Shown: piece by piece, positions 21,028 through 30,828 of the stretch
Position numbering within the stretch: the stretch's first letter is position 1
Layout of the letters: each line of letters opens with the position of its first letter
Source: Candidatus Eremiobacteria bacterium
GTDB taxonomy: Bacteria; Vulcanimicrobiota; Vulcanimicrobiia; Vulcanimicrobiales; Vulcanimicrobiaceae
Reading direction: 5' to 3'
DNA length: 64,000 nt
Assembly (NCBI GenBank): GCA_963758295.1
Contig: CAVWUU010000004.1
Coordinates: 864,001-928,000 of the forward strand
Notes under the pieces: model-generated
Databases searched by the model: none
The model's input: only the letters and a program-made list of their open reading frames with translations
What the model was told of the DNA's origin: nothing
Program-made: the position numbers and the translations under genes

Positions 21028-21528
21028 CTAACGGTGAAGTTTATCGGCGTCCACGATCGCTAACGACGCCGTGCCGTGAGCGATTAAGCGGCCCTTTTCG
21101 TCGTGAAGCCGTCCTTCGGCCGTGCCAACCGTCGTGCCGATATGGACGGCAACGCCGTCGGCAACGAGCTTCACGCCGTTTGGAAAGAGCGGCCTCACGA
21201 AATGGACGTTCAAATCGAGCGTCGTGCAGAGTTTCTGCGCGGGAAGTTTCGACATCACGGCGAGCGTTACGACCGAATCGAGCAACGTCGCCGCTAACCC
21301 GCCATGGATAATGCCGGCGGGATTGCACATCCACGGCGCCGCGGTTGCCGCAAACGTGATACGTCCCGGTTCGACGCTTTGCATCGCTAAACCGAGCGTC
21401 TGGGCGAACGGGGGCGCCGAGATTTCGCCGGCAAGCATTGCACGCATCCAATCGAGATGCTCGCGCCCGAGCACGCCGCGCACAACGTCGGTGGGATCGC
21501 TCCATTCATAGACGCGCGTGTTGCTCAT
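21028..21528 (-). CDS. PaaI family thioesterase
   Basis: NPAGIIHGGLAATLLDS, TLDLNVHFVRP and GRLIAHGTAS. Confidence 0.9.
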   Translation of the reverse strand: MSNTRVYEWSDPTDVVRGVLGREHLDWMRAMLAGEISAPPFAQTLGLAMQSVEPGRITFAATAAPWMCNPAGIIHGGLAATLLDSVVTLAVMSKLPAQKLCTTLDLNVHFVRPLFPNGVKLVADGVAVHIGTTVGTAEGRLHDEKGRLIAHGTASLAIVDADKLHR

Positions 21529-22118
21529 CAGCGGCGCTCCAGGGAAACGAGCCATTCACGCAGGGTAGCGGTAGCGCGCCGCGCATTCGTTCGGCTGCGC
21601 AAACCGCGAGCCAAGATCAGCGCGCCTTCCAGCGTCGCCATAATGAAGTCCGCGACAGCATTTGGATCGACGCTGTCCCGAAACTGCCCTTTCTCCGATG
21701 CTTGCACGGCGTTGCGATGGAGCGCGCCGCGCATTTCCGCAAACGCCGCTTTCACGCGATCGCGCAGAAACGGCAACGCGTCATCGGCTTCGAACGCAGA
21801 ATTCGCGAGCGGGCATCCGCCGTCGACTACCGGGCATTCCACGTAACGCGCGAATGCGTCGACATACTCCAGAAGATATGGCGCACCGGGGTCGACGCCG
21901 GCGAGAGCTTCGGCAAAATACGCTTTCACCCGCGCGAAGGCATAGTCGAACGCAGCAATGGCAAGCTCTTCCTTGCTCGAAAAATGGTTGTATAGCCCGC
22001 CCTTTTCCAAATGGGTCGCCACGAGAATGTCGTTGATGGAGGTTCCGGCGAAGCCGTTGCGATTGAAGATCGGCGCGGCCGAAGCAAGGATCGACTCACG
22101 ACGGTGCGAAGCTTTCAC
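21528..22118 (-). CDS. TetR/AcrR family regulator
   Basis: FNRNGFAGTSINDI..LEKGGLYNHFSSKEEL and GGCPLAN. GTG start at 22118. Confidence 0.92.
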   Translation of the reverse strand: MKASHRRESILASAAPIFNRNGFAGTSINDILVATHLEKGGLYNHFSSKEELAIAAFDYAFARVKAYFAEALAGVDPGAPYLLEYVDAFARYVECPVVDGGCPLANSAFEADDALPFLRDRVKAAFAEMRGALHRNAVQASEKGQFRDSVDPNAVADFIMATLEGALILARGLRSRTNARRATATLREWLVSLERR

Positions 22119-22121
22119 GAA

Positions 22122-22135
22122 ACCGACCGTTCGGT
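22122..22135. promoter_or_regulatory. Putative TetR operator
   Basis: ACCGACCGTTCGGT is a 12/14 palindrome in the ~35-bp gap between the divergent TetR and MFS genes. Confidence 0.65.
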
Positions 22136-22153
22136 CTGTGAGGAAGACAATCC

Positions 22154-23707
22154 TTGAACTCACCAGGACAAATGCCACCGCAAGACAGTGTCGTCGAATA
22201 CGGGCTCAGGCGATGGCTTATAGTCATCGGCGTCATGTCTGCGACGCTGCTTCAAGTGCTCGACGCGACGATCGTCAACGTCGCGCTTCCCACGATTCAG
22301 GGCAACTTGGGCGCGAATTTCGACCAAGGCGCGTGGATCGTCACCGGTTACATCATCGCGGCCGTTATCGTCATTCCGCTCACGCCGTGGCTGCAGCTGC
22401 TGATCGGGCGGCGGAATTACTACGTGGCCGCAATTATCGGCTTTACGGTAACCTCCGCGCTTTGCGGATTCTCGACTTCACTCAGCGAGCTTGTCTTCTT
22501 CCGTATTCTCCAAGGTTTGTGCGGCGGCGGTCTCATTTCCACCGGTCAAGCGATCATGCGCGACACGTTTCCGGCGAAGCAGCTAGGATTGAGCCAAGCA
22601 TTGACGTCGATCGGTGCCGTGATCGGACCGTCCATCGGGCCGACGCTCGGCGGCGTGTTGACCGACGCACTCTCGTGGAACTGGGTCTTTTACATCAACA
22701 TCGTCCCGGGAATTCTCTCCGCGCTGCTTTGCTTTATGCTACTGCGCGATCCGCGTACGCGCGGCCGCGCGTCGCTCGACGGCGTCGGCTTAGCGCTCAT
22801 GGCTACCGGCCTCGGTTCGCTGCAATACGTGTTGGACGAAGGCGAACGCTACGATTGGTTCAACGACCAGAACATCGTAGCCACCGCGTTCTTAGCAGTC
22901 GCTTCACTCGCAACGTTTGTTTACTGGGAACTGAAAGTCGTCAAGATCCCGATCGTAGACATCCGGATTCTCTTACGAAACCGAACCGTTGCCGCCGGCT
23001 GTTTGCTGGCCATGACGCTTGCATTCGGGCTCTTCGGCGGCGTCATTCTGGCGCCGCAGTTCCAGCAAAGCCTTTTGAATTTCACCGCAACGCTTTCGGG
23101 CGAATCGATTCTCGTTCGCGCGATCGGCATTATGATTATGACGCCGGTAACGTTGATGCTGTTGAGCCGGTTCAAAGTCAAGCCGCAGGTGCTGCTAGGC
23201 ATAGGCTTCGTTATCGTGGCATTCGCCAACGTGAACACGGCGCAAGTCCTAACGACGCAAAGCGCCTTTGGCACGTTCGTTTTTCCGCTGTTCTTCGGCG
23301 GAATCGGCTTCGGCATGCTGTTTGTACCTCTTTCCGTCAGCGTATTGAGTTCGGTGCAAGGCATCGAGACGCAAAAGGCAACGTCGCTTTTGAGCCTTTT
23401 CCAGCAACTTGGCGGGTCAATCTCAACCGCAACGCTGGTCACGCTGCTCGATAGGCGAGGCGCGATTCATCAAGACGCGCTCGCCGCGAACGTGACTCTT
23501 GCACGCCCGGCAGTGCAGCACGTCATTCAAATGCACGGTTCATTCTCGAATGTGGCAGGCGCCGTCGCTCAACAAGCGAGTACTATGGCGTTTGCCGACG
23601 CATTTTACGTCTTGGGCATCGTTACGCTTGTGCTCACGCCACTTGTGCTTTTACTGCGCGCGCCGAAGGCGGCGGCATCGGCCGCCCACGCGGTTGCGAT
23701 GGAGTAA
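22154..23707 (+). CDS. DHA2 (EmrB/QacA) family MFS efflux transporter
   Basis: LDATIVNVALPTIQGNLGA, FRILQGLCGG, GPSIGPTLGG and WNWVFYINIVPG, with about 14 hydrophobic segments. Confidence 0.95.
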   Translation: MNSPGQMPPQDSVVEYGLRRWLIVIGVMSATLLQVLDATIVNVALPTIQGNLGANFDQGAWIVTGYIIAAVIVIPLTPWLQLLIGRRNYYVAAIIGFTVTSALCGFSTSLSELVFFRILQGLCGGGLISTGQAIMRDTFPAKQLGLSQALTSIGAVIGPSIGPTLGGVLTDALSWNWVFYINIVPGILSALLCFMLLRDPRTRGRASLDGVGLALMATGLGSLQYVLDEGERYDWFNDQNIVATAFLAVASLATFVYWELKVVKIPIVDIRILLRNRTVAAGCLLAMTLAFGLFGGVILAPQFQQSLLNFTATLSGESILVRAIGIMIMTPVTLMLLSRFKVKPQVLLGIGFVIVAFANVNTAQVLTTQSAFGTFVFPLFFGGIGFGMLFVPLSVSVLSSVQGIETQKATSLLSLFQQLGGSISTATLVTLLDRRGAIHQDALAANVTLARPAVQHVIQMHGSFSNVAGAVAQQASTMAFADAFYVLGIVTLVLTPLVLLLRAPKAAASAAHAVAME

Positions 23708-23728
23708 CACATGGGTAATAAAGAGGCC

Positions 23729-23893
23729 ATGGAACGCAAAAATAACGACTCCGTAGAGCGTCTTTTTGAAGAAGACGATCAGGACAAGGCCGTAACGGCT
23801 GCTGACGACACCGGGATGGTTTCCGCCGAACGCGTCGCGGTTGAAGCGGAGATCGAGCGGGGGCTGGAAGGCGGCGACGAGCCGGGAGCCTAA
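23729..23893 (+). CDS. Small acidic hypothetical protein
   Basis: AAGAGG SD before ATG 23729. 54-aa Asp/Glu-rich ORF that fills the gap. Confidence 0.5.
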   Translation: MERKNNDSVERLFEEDDQDKAVTAADDTGMVSAERVAVEAEIERGLEGGDEPGA

Positions 23894-23904
23894 CGGATGC
23901 GTTC

Positions 23905-25458
23905 GTGAGAACGCACCACGAAAAGTATCGAGAACTCGAACGCAAACGCGCGCTGGCCGACGCACCGGCCGGCGAAGCTGCCGTCGAAAAGCAACACGCT
24001 CGCGGCAAGCGCACCGCCCGCGAACGCATCGCCGCGCTGGTCGATCCGGATTCTTTTACCGAGCTCGACCAGTTCGTCGTTCACCGCGCCAATGCGTTCG
24101 GCTTAGACGAAAAAGAATTTCTCGGCGACGGCGTGGTCACCGGACGCGCTACAATCGACGGACGCCAAGTCTTTCTGTTCTCGCAGGACTTCACCGTGCT
24201 CGGCGGTTCGCTCGGCGAAGCGTTTGCCGAAAAGATCTGCAAGGTCATGGACCTCGCGGTTCGCACCGGCTCGCCGATGATCGGCATCAACGACTCCGGC
24301 GGCGCGCGCATCCAAGAAGGCGTGGTTTCGCTCGGCGGTTACGCGGAAATCTTCTGGCGCAACGTGCAAGCCAGCGGCGTGGTTCCACAGCTTAGTTTAA
24401 TCGCCGGACCGTGCGCCGGCGGCGCGGTTTACTCGCCGGCCATCACCGACTTTATTCTCATGACCGAAGAGATCTCGCAGATGTTCATCACCGGACCGGA
24501 GATCATTAAAACGGTTACCGGCGAAGATGTGACGTTCGAGCAGCTCGGCGGCGCCATGACGCACGCCACCAAGAGCGGCGTTGCCCATTTGGTTGCCTCC
24601 GACGAGGACGATCTCGTCGAGCAAACCAAGACGCTGTTCTCATACATCCCGCAAAATAACTTGGAAGAAACTCCGCGCTTCGCTTGCGACGACGATCCGC
24701 AGCGCCAAACTCCCGAACTGGACGAAGTCGTTCCCGACTCGCCGAACAAACCGTACGACATGCATCAGGTGATCGAAGGCGTGCTCGACTACGGCGACTT
24801 CTTTGAAATCCAGCCTCTCTACGCGCAGAACCTCATTTGCGGCTTCGGCCGCGTGAACGGCCGCAGCGTCGGCGTCGTCGCAAATCAGCCGAACGTGCTC
24901 GCCGGCGTGCTCGACATCAAATCCTCGATCAAGGCGGCGCGCTTCGTGCGCTTTTGCGACGCATTCAATATTCCGCTTGTGACGTTCGTAGACGTTCCCG
25001 GCTTTTTGCCCGGAACCGATCAGGAGTACGGCGGGATCATTCTGCACGGAGCAAAGCTGCTCTACGCCTTCGCGGAAGCAACCGTTCCGAAAATCACCGT
25101 GATCACGCGCAAAGCCTACGGCGGCGCCTATGACGTTATGGCGTCCAAACACATTCGCGCCGACGTAAACCTCGCGTGGCCCACCGCCGAAATTGCCGTA
25201 ATGGGTGCCGAAGGCGCCGTCAAGGTCATCCAACGCCGTGAACTCGCCGCGGCAAAAGACAGCGAAGCGAAGATGAAAGAACTCATCGACGAGTACACGG
25301 AGCGTTTTGCAAATCCGTACATCGCCGCCCAATACGGCTACGTCGACGACGTCATCGAAGCGCACCGCACTCGAGGCGCCATTGCAACCGCGCTCGAGAT
25401 GCTCGAGAACAAACGCGTAGAGCGCCCGAAGCGCAAACACGGCAACATTCCGCTGTAA
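23905..25458 (+). CDS. pccB: Acyl-CoA (probably propionyl-CoA) carboxylase carboxyltransferase beta subunit
   Basis: [47 protein letters not shown] and KHGNIPL. Confidence 0.93.
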   Translation: MRTHHEKYRELERKRALADAPAGEAAVEKQHARGKRTARERIAALVDPDSFTELDQFVVHRANAFGLDEKEFLGDGVVTGRATIDGRQVFLFSQDFTVLGGSLGEAFAEKICKVMDLAVRTGSPMIGINDSGGARIQEGVVSLGGYAEIFWRNVQASGVVPQLSLIAGPCAGGAVYSPAITDFILMTEEISQMFITGPEIIKTVTGEDVTFEQLGGAMTHATKSGVAHLVASDEDDLVEQTKTLFSYIPQNNLEETPRFACDDDPQRQTPELDEVVPDSPNKPYDMHQVIEGVLDYGDFFEIQPLYAQNLICGFGRVNGRSVGVVANQPNVLAGVLDIKSSIKAARFVRFCDAFNIPLVTFVDVPGFLPGTDQEYGGIILHGAKLLYAFAEATVPKITVITRKAYGGAYDVMASKHIRADVNLAWPTAEIAVMGAEGAVKVIQRRELAAAKDSEAKMKELIDEYTERFANPYIAAQYGYVDDVIEAHRTRGAIATALEMLENKRVERPKRKHGNIPL

Positions 25459-25467
25459 GGAGGACCG

Positions 25468-26178
25468 ATGACGACACGCAAGGACTTCCTCGCTGCCGGC
25501 GCTTTCGCCGCGGTGGCGCCGGTTGCAGTTGGCGCTGCGCCGCTACCGGCCGCTTCTCCGAAAGCTACACCGTCGCCCAAAAGCTTCGAAAAGTTAAACT
25601 TCGATCTCCAGGCGTTCAACGCGCTTCTTGACCGCGAAGCATCACACAAGCATCTATTCGCTTCGATAAATATCGACTCCGGCGAAGTCCTCTCGGCAAT
25701 GCGGAACACGGTAAAAGCCTACGGCGACATAGGCACTCCCCTCGCCGACGTGTTTCCCGTAGCCGTCCTTTATCACGGAGCCTCGATAGCCATCGGCTTT
25801 GACGACGCAATGTGGAATCAATACTTTCTTCCGCTCGCGCGCAAGTCAAAAAAGAGGCACTGGCCCGCCATAAAAGATTTTCAAGCCGCGATCGACCCAA
25901 AAACCAAGGGCAATCCATTCCTCAAAAAACAAGGCGGCGAGTGGGACTACTCAATTCCCTCTCTCATCGCCGACGCCGGCGCCCACTTCTTCGTCTGCAA
26001 CAATGCCGCCCACGGCTTCGCCGGCGTCATCGCCGATGAACTCGCACTGAAGGCGGACGACGTTTATCGGAATTTGAGCTTTCATCTAGTGGCAAATGCG
26101 ATGCTTGTACCAGCGGGCGTTTGGGCGGTGCATGCGGTTCAAGAGCATCGATTTTCTTTGTTGCAGACGTCGCTGTAG
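25468..26178 (+). CDS. Tat-type exported protein, DsrE-like
   Basis: Signal MTTRKDFLAAGAFAAVAP. FFVCNNA and VPAGVWAV..QE resemble the DsrE/F fold. Confidence 0.65.
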   Translation: MTTRKDFLAAGAFAAVAPVAVGAAPLPAASPKATPSPKSFEKLNFDLQAFNALLDREASHKHLFASINIDSGEVLSAMRNTVKAYGDIGTPLADVFPVAVLYHGASIAIGFDDAMWNQYFLPLARKSKKRHWPAIKDFQAAIDPKTKGNPFLKKQGGEWDYSIPSLIADAGAHFFVCNNAAHGFAGVIADELALKADDVYRNLSFHLVANAMLVPAGVWAVHAVQEHRFSLLQTSL

Positions 26179-26239
26179 TAAGTGAATGGCGCTGCTCCGG
26201 CACAGCGCCGACGGAGAGATTTGCAAGCATGAATGACTG

Positions 26240-26806
26240 GTGAGGAAAGTGGATGATCTGAAACTTCAGGCACCATCGCTGGAGCTTGCAACGTCTTTTG
26301 AAAACATGCGCGATGCATGTTTGACCAACGGAGAGAATGCGTGGACGGGACGAACGGCGCTTGCACTCACCGGCGTTCCGGAATTCATTGCGTTACTGAA
26401 CCGTCGCGCCGCAGGCGCAGACATCCCGGCAGGCTGGGTACCGGAAACCACTTTTTGGGTCGTTCGATCGAATACCGAAGTCGTCGGCGAGCTTGAACTC
26501 CGCCATCCGCTCAACGACTGGCTACGCCAAGTCGGCGGAAACATCGGCTACATGACTCATCCCGCTCGCCGCAGTCAGGGCATCGCAACCTTCGCTTTAC
26601 GTGCAGGCTTGCAAACCCTGAAACAATGGGGCCTTTCGCAGGCTCTAATCACTTGCCGCGACGACAACGTTGCTTCTATCCGAGTGATCGAAAAATGCGG
26701 CGGAATTCGCATGGAGGATGCAACTATCGCCGGGTCCACACGCCGGCGCTATCTCATCACTCTGCTTAGCCCGAACGACGCCGCCCCGCCTCCAACGCCG
26801 CAATAA
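26240..26806 (+). CDS. GNAT family acetyltransferase
   Basis: LRHPLN, GGNIGY, RRSQGIAT and DDNVASIRVIEKCGG. Confidence 0.9.
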   Translation: MRKVDDLKLQAPSLELATSFENMRDACLTNGENAWTGRTALALTGVPEFIALLNRRAAGADIPAGWVPETTFWVVRSNTEVVGELELRHPLNDWLRQVGGNIGYMTHPARRSQGIATFALRAGLQTLKQWGLSQALITCRDDNVASIRVIEKCGGIRMEDATIAGSTRRRYLITLLSPNDAAPPPTPQ

Positions 26807-27074
26807 ACGCCTCAGCCCGCTTAGTAGCGGAAAACTCCACAATCGTATACTCACTCACGCCCTCGCGGGCGAACGGATCGTCCTTCAGAATCTCGTCGAT
26901 CTGTGGACGCGGCATGTCGACCGTAACGATGACTCCGCCGTCGCGAGGTTCCATCGGGCCGGAGACGATGAAGTGTCCGGCGGCGTACTGGCGGTCCAGA
27001 AATTCCCGGTGCTCCGGAAGCCAGCGGTCGACCTCATCGAGGGGCTTTACGTAGCGTGATAGGAGCAGAAACAT
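26766..27074 (-). CDS. YciI family protein
   Basis: HREFL, SGP, GGVIV and DDPF. Confidence 0.88.
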   Translation of the reverse strand: MFLLLSRYVKPLDEVDRWLPEHREFLDRQYAAGHFIVSGPMEPRDGGVIVTVDMPRPQIDEILKDDPFAREGVSEYTIVEFSATKRAEAFIAALEAGRRRSG

Positions 27075-27129
27075 GGCTGCGCGGTTCGTAGAAAAGGACG
27101 CCGCCCCTTGCGCTTGTATCTATGGAACC

Positions 27130-27915
27130 GTGAAACTGCTTGAAGGAAAGCGCGCGCTCGTTACGGGCGTTGCCAATCGCTGGTCGATTGCCACCGGGAT
27201 CGCAAAGAAGCTGCACGAGCATGGCGCTCGAGTTGCCCTGACGTATCAGGGCGAACGCGTCAAGGATGAAGTAGAAAAACTTGCGGCGGAGTTGGGTGGC
27301 GGTCCCGTTATCGAGTGCGATGTTTCCAACGACGAGTCTCTTGCGGCGGCCGCTAAAGCCCTACAGCCTTTCGGAAACTTGGACGTACTCGTTCACTCGA
27401 TCGCTTTTGTGAAGAAGGAAGATCTTTCGGGAACCGTTTACGAGACTTCTCGCGACGGATTCAATATGGCGCTCGATATCTCGTCGTACTCGCTCATCGG
27501 TCTCGTGAAGCACCTTGACAAGCAGTTGAACGATGGCAGTTCTATCATGGCTCTGTCGTATCTTGGCGGAACGGCGATCGTGCCGAACTATAACATCGCC
27601 GGCATTGCGAAGGCAGCGCTGGAGTCGATCGTCCGTTACCTCGCGTACGATTTGGGTGCACGCGGCATTCGCGTGAACGCGATTTCCGCCGGGCCGATCA
27701 AGACCGCGAGCTCGCGGCAGGTCGGCGGCTTTTCGAAGATTCTCGACGTCGTGCCGAAAGTGGCGCCGCTCAAACGGAACATCACGGCGGAAGATGTCGG
27801 TAACACGGCCGTCTATCTCGCGTCGGATCTCGCGAAATCGATTACGGCCGACGTGCATTTCGTCGATGCGGGCTACCACGCGATGGGCATGTATCCGCCG
27901 GAATTCGGTTCGTGA
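27130..27915 (+). CDS. fabI: Enoyl-ACP reductase
   Basis: GVANRWSIA, VHSIAF, DISSYSL, YNIAGIAKAALE and NAISAGPIKT. GTG start at 27130. Confidence 0.93.
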   Translation: MKLLEGKRALVTGVANRWSIATGIAKKLHEHGARVALTYQGERVKDEVEKLAAELGGGPVIECDVSNDESLAAAAKALQPFGNLDVLVHSIAFVKKEDLSGTVYETSRDGFNMALDISSYSLIGLVKHLDKQLNDGSSIMALSYLGGTAIVPNYNIAGIAKAALESIVRYLAYDLGARGIRVNAISAGPIKTASSRQVGGFSKILDVVPKVAPLKRNITAEDVGNTAVYLASDLAKSITADVHFVDAGYHAMGMYPPEFGS

Positions 27916-28100
27916 TTCAGATTCGCGGCGAGGCGACGCCGGAAGAGAGCGCGGCGATCGTTGCCGCGCTTTGCGCGCTGAGATCCTCCGCGGAAAAGCC
28001 GGCCGAACGCGCGCCTTCGCCTTGGAAATTCGCTGCGTTTCATCCCGAATTAGCTATCGATACGCTTCGTCACGCGCAAGGGAAACGAATTGTTTTCTAA
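27912..28100 (+). CDS. Acyl-CoA carboxylase epsilon subunit-like protein
   Basis: 62 aa. IRGEATPEESAAIVAAL...SPW matches the AccE/PccE pattern. Overlaps the biotin carboxylase start. Confidence 0.7.
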   Translation: MIQIRGEATPEESAAIVAALCALRSSAEKPAERAPSPWKFAAFHPELAIDTLRHAQGKRIVF

Positions 28101-29850
28101 GATCCTCATTGCCAACCGCGGCGAAATCGCGGTCCGCATCATTCGCACCGCGCGCGAGATGGGGATTGCAACGGTAGCCGTTTACTCCGAGCCCGACCGC
28201 GATGCCATGCACGTGCGCATGGCGGAGGAAGCGTATCTGCTCGGTCCGGCTGCGCCCTCGCAAAGCTACTTGAATATCGACAAGCTAATAGAAGTCGCGA
28301 AGCGCGCCGGCGCCGATGCCGTTCATCCCGGCTACGGGTTTCTTGCAGAAAATGCCGGCTTCGCGCGACGCGTGCAACAGGAAGGCCTCACGTGGATCGG
28401 CCCGCATCCCGATGCGATCGACGCGATGGGCGACAAACTTCGCGCACGGCAAGCGATGAAGAAAGCGAACGTGCCGTTCGTGCCGGGCGGCATCGAGCCG
28501 ATCGAGGACGTTGCCGGCGCGCGCAAAGCCGCGGAAGCGTACGGTCTGCCGCTGGCATTGAAAGCCTCCGGCGGCGGCGGCGGAAAAGGCCTGAAAGTTG
28601 CTCGCACGTTCGAAGAACTCGAGTCCGCCTTCACGACGGCGACGCGCGAAGCCGAAGCGTATTTTAAAAACGGAACGGTTTACGCCGAACGGTATCTCGA
28701 AAACCCCAAGCATATCGAGCTGCAGATCCTGGCCGACAAGCACGGCAACGTCGTGCACGTAGGCGAACGCGATTGCTCGCTGCAACGGCGGCACCAGAAA
28801 TTGTGGGAGGAAGCGCCCGCCATTATTCCCGAGAACGTGCGCCTAGGTCTGCGCGATGCCGGCATTCGCGCCGCACAAGCCATCGGGTACGATTCCGTCG
28901 GCACCATCGAGTGTCTGGTAAGCGGCAACGAGTTCTTCTTCCTCGAAATGAACACGCGCATCCAAGTCGAGCACACCGTAAGCGAAATGATTTCGGGGCT
29001 CGACTTGATTCGCGAACAGATTCGCGTTGCGGCGGGGGAGCCGCTGGGCTACACGCAAGACGACGTGGTTTTCCGTGGCGCTTCAATCGAAGGGCGCGTG
29101 AACGCCGAAGATCCCGCTGCCGGATTCCGGCCTGCGCCGGGCACCGTCACCGCGTATCGCGAGCCGGCCGGACTCGGCGTGCGCATCGATTCGGCAGCAT
29201 TTCCCGGTTTCGTTATCTCCCCCGATTACGATTCGATGATCGCGAAGCTCGTCGTTTGGGCGCCGACTCGCGCCGAAGCGATTGCCCGGCTCGCGCGCGC
29301 TATCGGCGAATACACGATTGAAGGCGTGCCTACGACGTTGCCGCTGCTGCGCGCCCTATGCGATGCACCGGCCGTCCGCGACGACACCTATGGAACGGCC
29401 ACGCTCGAACCGTTCGCCGCTGCACACTTCGCTTCGGTGCAACCTAGCGCAGCGAGCACGAACGGCGCCATACCGGCGGCAGAGTCGAACGTTCCCGCGA
29501 TCCGCATCGAGGTGAACGACAAGCTATTCCACGTTCGTCTTATCGACGTGCCGGAGGGCTTGCAATCCGGCGCAAGGGCAAAGGCGGCGCAGCGCGCTCC
29601 GCGTGCCGAACGCAAAAAAGCCAAAGGCGGCGCGCACGGAAACGACATCGTTTCACCCATGCATGGCGTCGTCGTTGAAATGAAAGTGGCTCAAGGTGAC
29701 GAGGTCGCCGAGAACCAAGTCGTTGCCGTCATCGAAGCTATGAAGATGATGAACGAAATTCGCGCTCACAAAACCGGTAAGGCCGCGGCGATTCATGCGG
29801 CAGCCGGAGCAACCGTGGAAGCGAACGAGCCGCTCGTAACGATCGAGTAA
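28090..29850 (+). CDS. Biotin carboxylase-BCCP fusion (acyl-CoA carboxylase alpha subunit)
   Basis: ILIANRGEIA, HPGYGFLAEN, ERDCSLQRRHQK, EMNTRIQVEH and the biotinylation site EAMKM. Confidence 0.96.
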   Translation: MFSKILIANRGEIAVRIIRTAREMGIATVAVYSEPDRDAMHVRMAEEAYLLGPAAPSQSYLNIDKLIEVAKRAGADAVHPGYGFLAENAGFARRVQQEGLTWIGPHPDAIDAMGDKLRARQAMKKANVPFVPGGIEPIEDVAGARKAAEAYGLPLALKASGGGGGKGLKVARTFEELESAFTTATREAEAYFKNGTVYAERYLENPKHIELQILADKHGNVVHVGERDCSLQRRHQKLWEEAPAIIPENVRLGLRDAGIRAAQAIGYDSVGTIECLVSGNEFFFLEMNTRIQVEHTVSEMISGLDLIREQIRVAAGEPLGYTQDDVVFRGASIEGRVNAEDPAAGFRPAPGTVTAYREPAGLGVRIDSAAFPGFVISPDYDSMIAKLVVWAPTRAEAIARLARAIGEYTIEGVPTTLPLLRALCDAPAVRDDTYGTATLEPFAAAHFASVQPSAASTNGAIPAAESNVPAIRIEVNDKLFHVRLIDVPEGLQSGARAKAAQRAPRAERKKAKGGAHGNDIVSPMHGVVVEMKVAQGDEVAENQVVAVIEAMKMMNEIRAHKTGKAAAIHAAAGATVEANEPLVTIE

Positions 29851-29859
29851 GGAGCTGGA

Positions 29860-30828
29860 ATGCGCGCTGTCCAGCTTACCGTTTTTGGAGAACCCCGCGA
29901 CGCGCGCGTAAGCGACGTCCCCATGCAAGAAGTGCGGCCCGGTGAGGCTCTGGTGAAGGTGCTCGCGGCCGGGATCAATCCTAGTGATTTAGTAAACATT
30001 CGCGGCGGTTTCAAGCAAACGAAATTGCCTCGAATTATCGGGCGCGATTTCTCGGGAACCGTCGTCGAAGGTCCGCCAGAGTTGAAAGGCCGCAACGTAT
30101 GGGGCTCCGGCGGCGACATCGGCTTCACTCGCGACGGCTCTCACGCGGAGTATCTCGCGGTTCCGCAGTCCGCGCTTAGTCTTCAGCCGTCGAAGCTTTC
30201 CGCCGAGAGCGCGGCGGCGTGCGGCATTCCGTTTATTACCGCTTACGCGGCGCTCGTGGAGCGCGCACACGTAAAAGCCGGCGACTTCGTCGCTGTTTCG
30301 GGCGCTGCGGGATCGGTTGGAACGGCGGCCATCGAAATCGCGCACGCTCGCGGCGCACATACCATCGCGCTCGTAAAGGACGAGAGCGAAGCCAGTCGTG
30401 TCAATTCCGGGAAAGTGCTTGCGATCGCGCAGTTCGATCGCAACGATCTGGAAGGCGTCGTCGCGAAGCACACGAACGGCCACGGCATCGACACGGCGTT
30501 CAATACCGTTGGGGCGTCGGTCTTCGGGGCGCTCTACCAATCGCTGGCGATCGGCGGCACCATGGTCATCATCTCGCGGATCGGCGGCGCTGAAGTAAAG
30601 CTCGATCTCTTCGACTTCTATCGTCGCGATCTATCGCTGCAGGGTCTGGATACGGCGAAGTACGACGGCCAGAGATGCGCGAGAATTTTGGACGAGTTGC
30701 GCCCGGGTTTTGAAAAGGGGACGATCCGTCCGATACTCGTCACAAAGGCGTTCCGCTTAGACGACGCTACGGAAGCCTATGAAACCGTCGCGCTTGGAAC
30801 GCCGGGAAAATTCGTTCTCGCTCCCTAG
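29860..30828 (+). CDS. MDR superfamily (quinone oxidoreductase-like) dehydrogenase
   Basis: AGINPSD, GRDFSGTV, GAAGSVG and GKFVL. Confidence 0.88.
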   Translation: MRAVQLTVFGEPRDARVSDVPMQEVRPGEALVKVLAAGINPSDLVNIRGGFKQTKLPRIIGRDFSGTVVEGPPELKGRNVWGSGGDIGFTRDGSHAEYLAVPQSALSLQPSKLSAESAAACGIPFITAYAALVERAHVKAGDFVAVSGAAGSVGTAAIEIAHARGAHTIALVKDESEASRVNSGKVLAIAQFDRNDLEGVVAKHTNGHGIDTAFNTVGASVFGALYQSLAIGGTMVIISRIGGAEVKLDLFDFYRRDLSLQGLDTAKYDGQRCARILDELRPGFEKGTIRPILVTKAFRLDDATEAYETVALGTPGKFVLAP

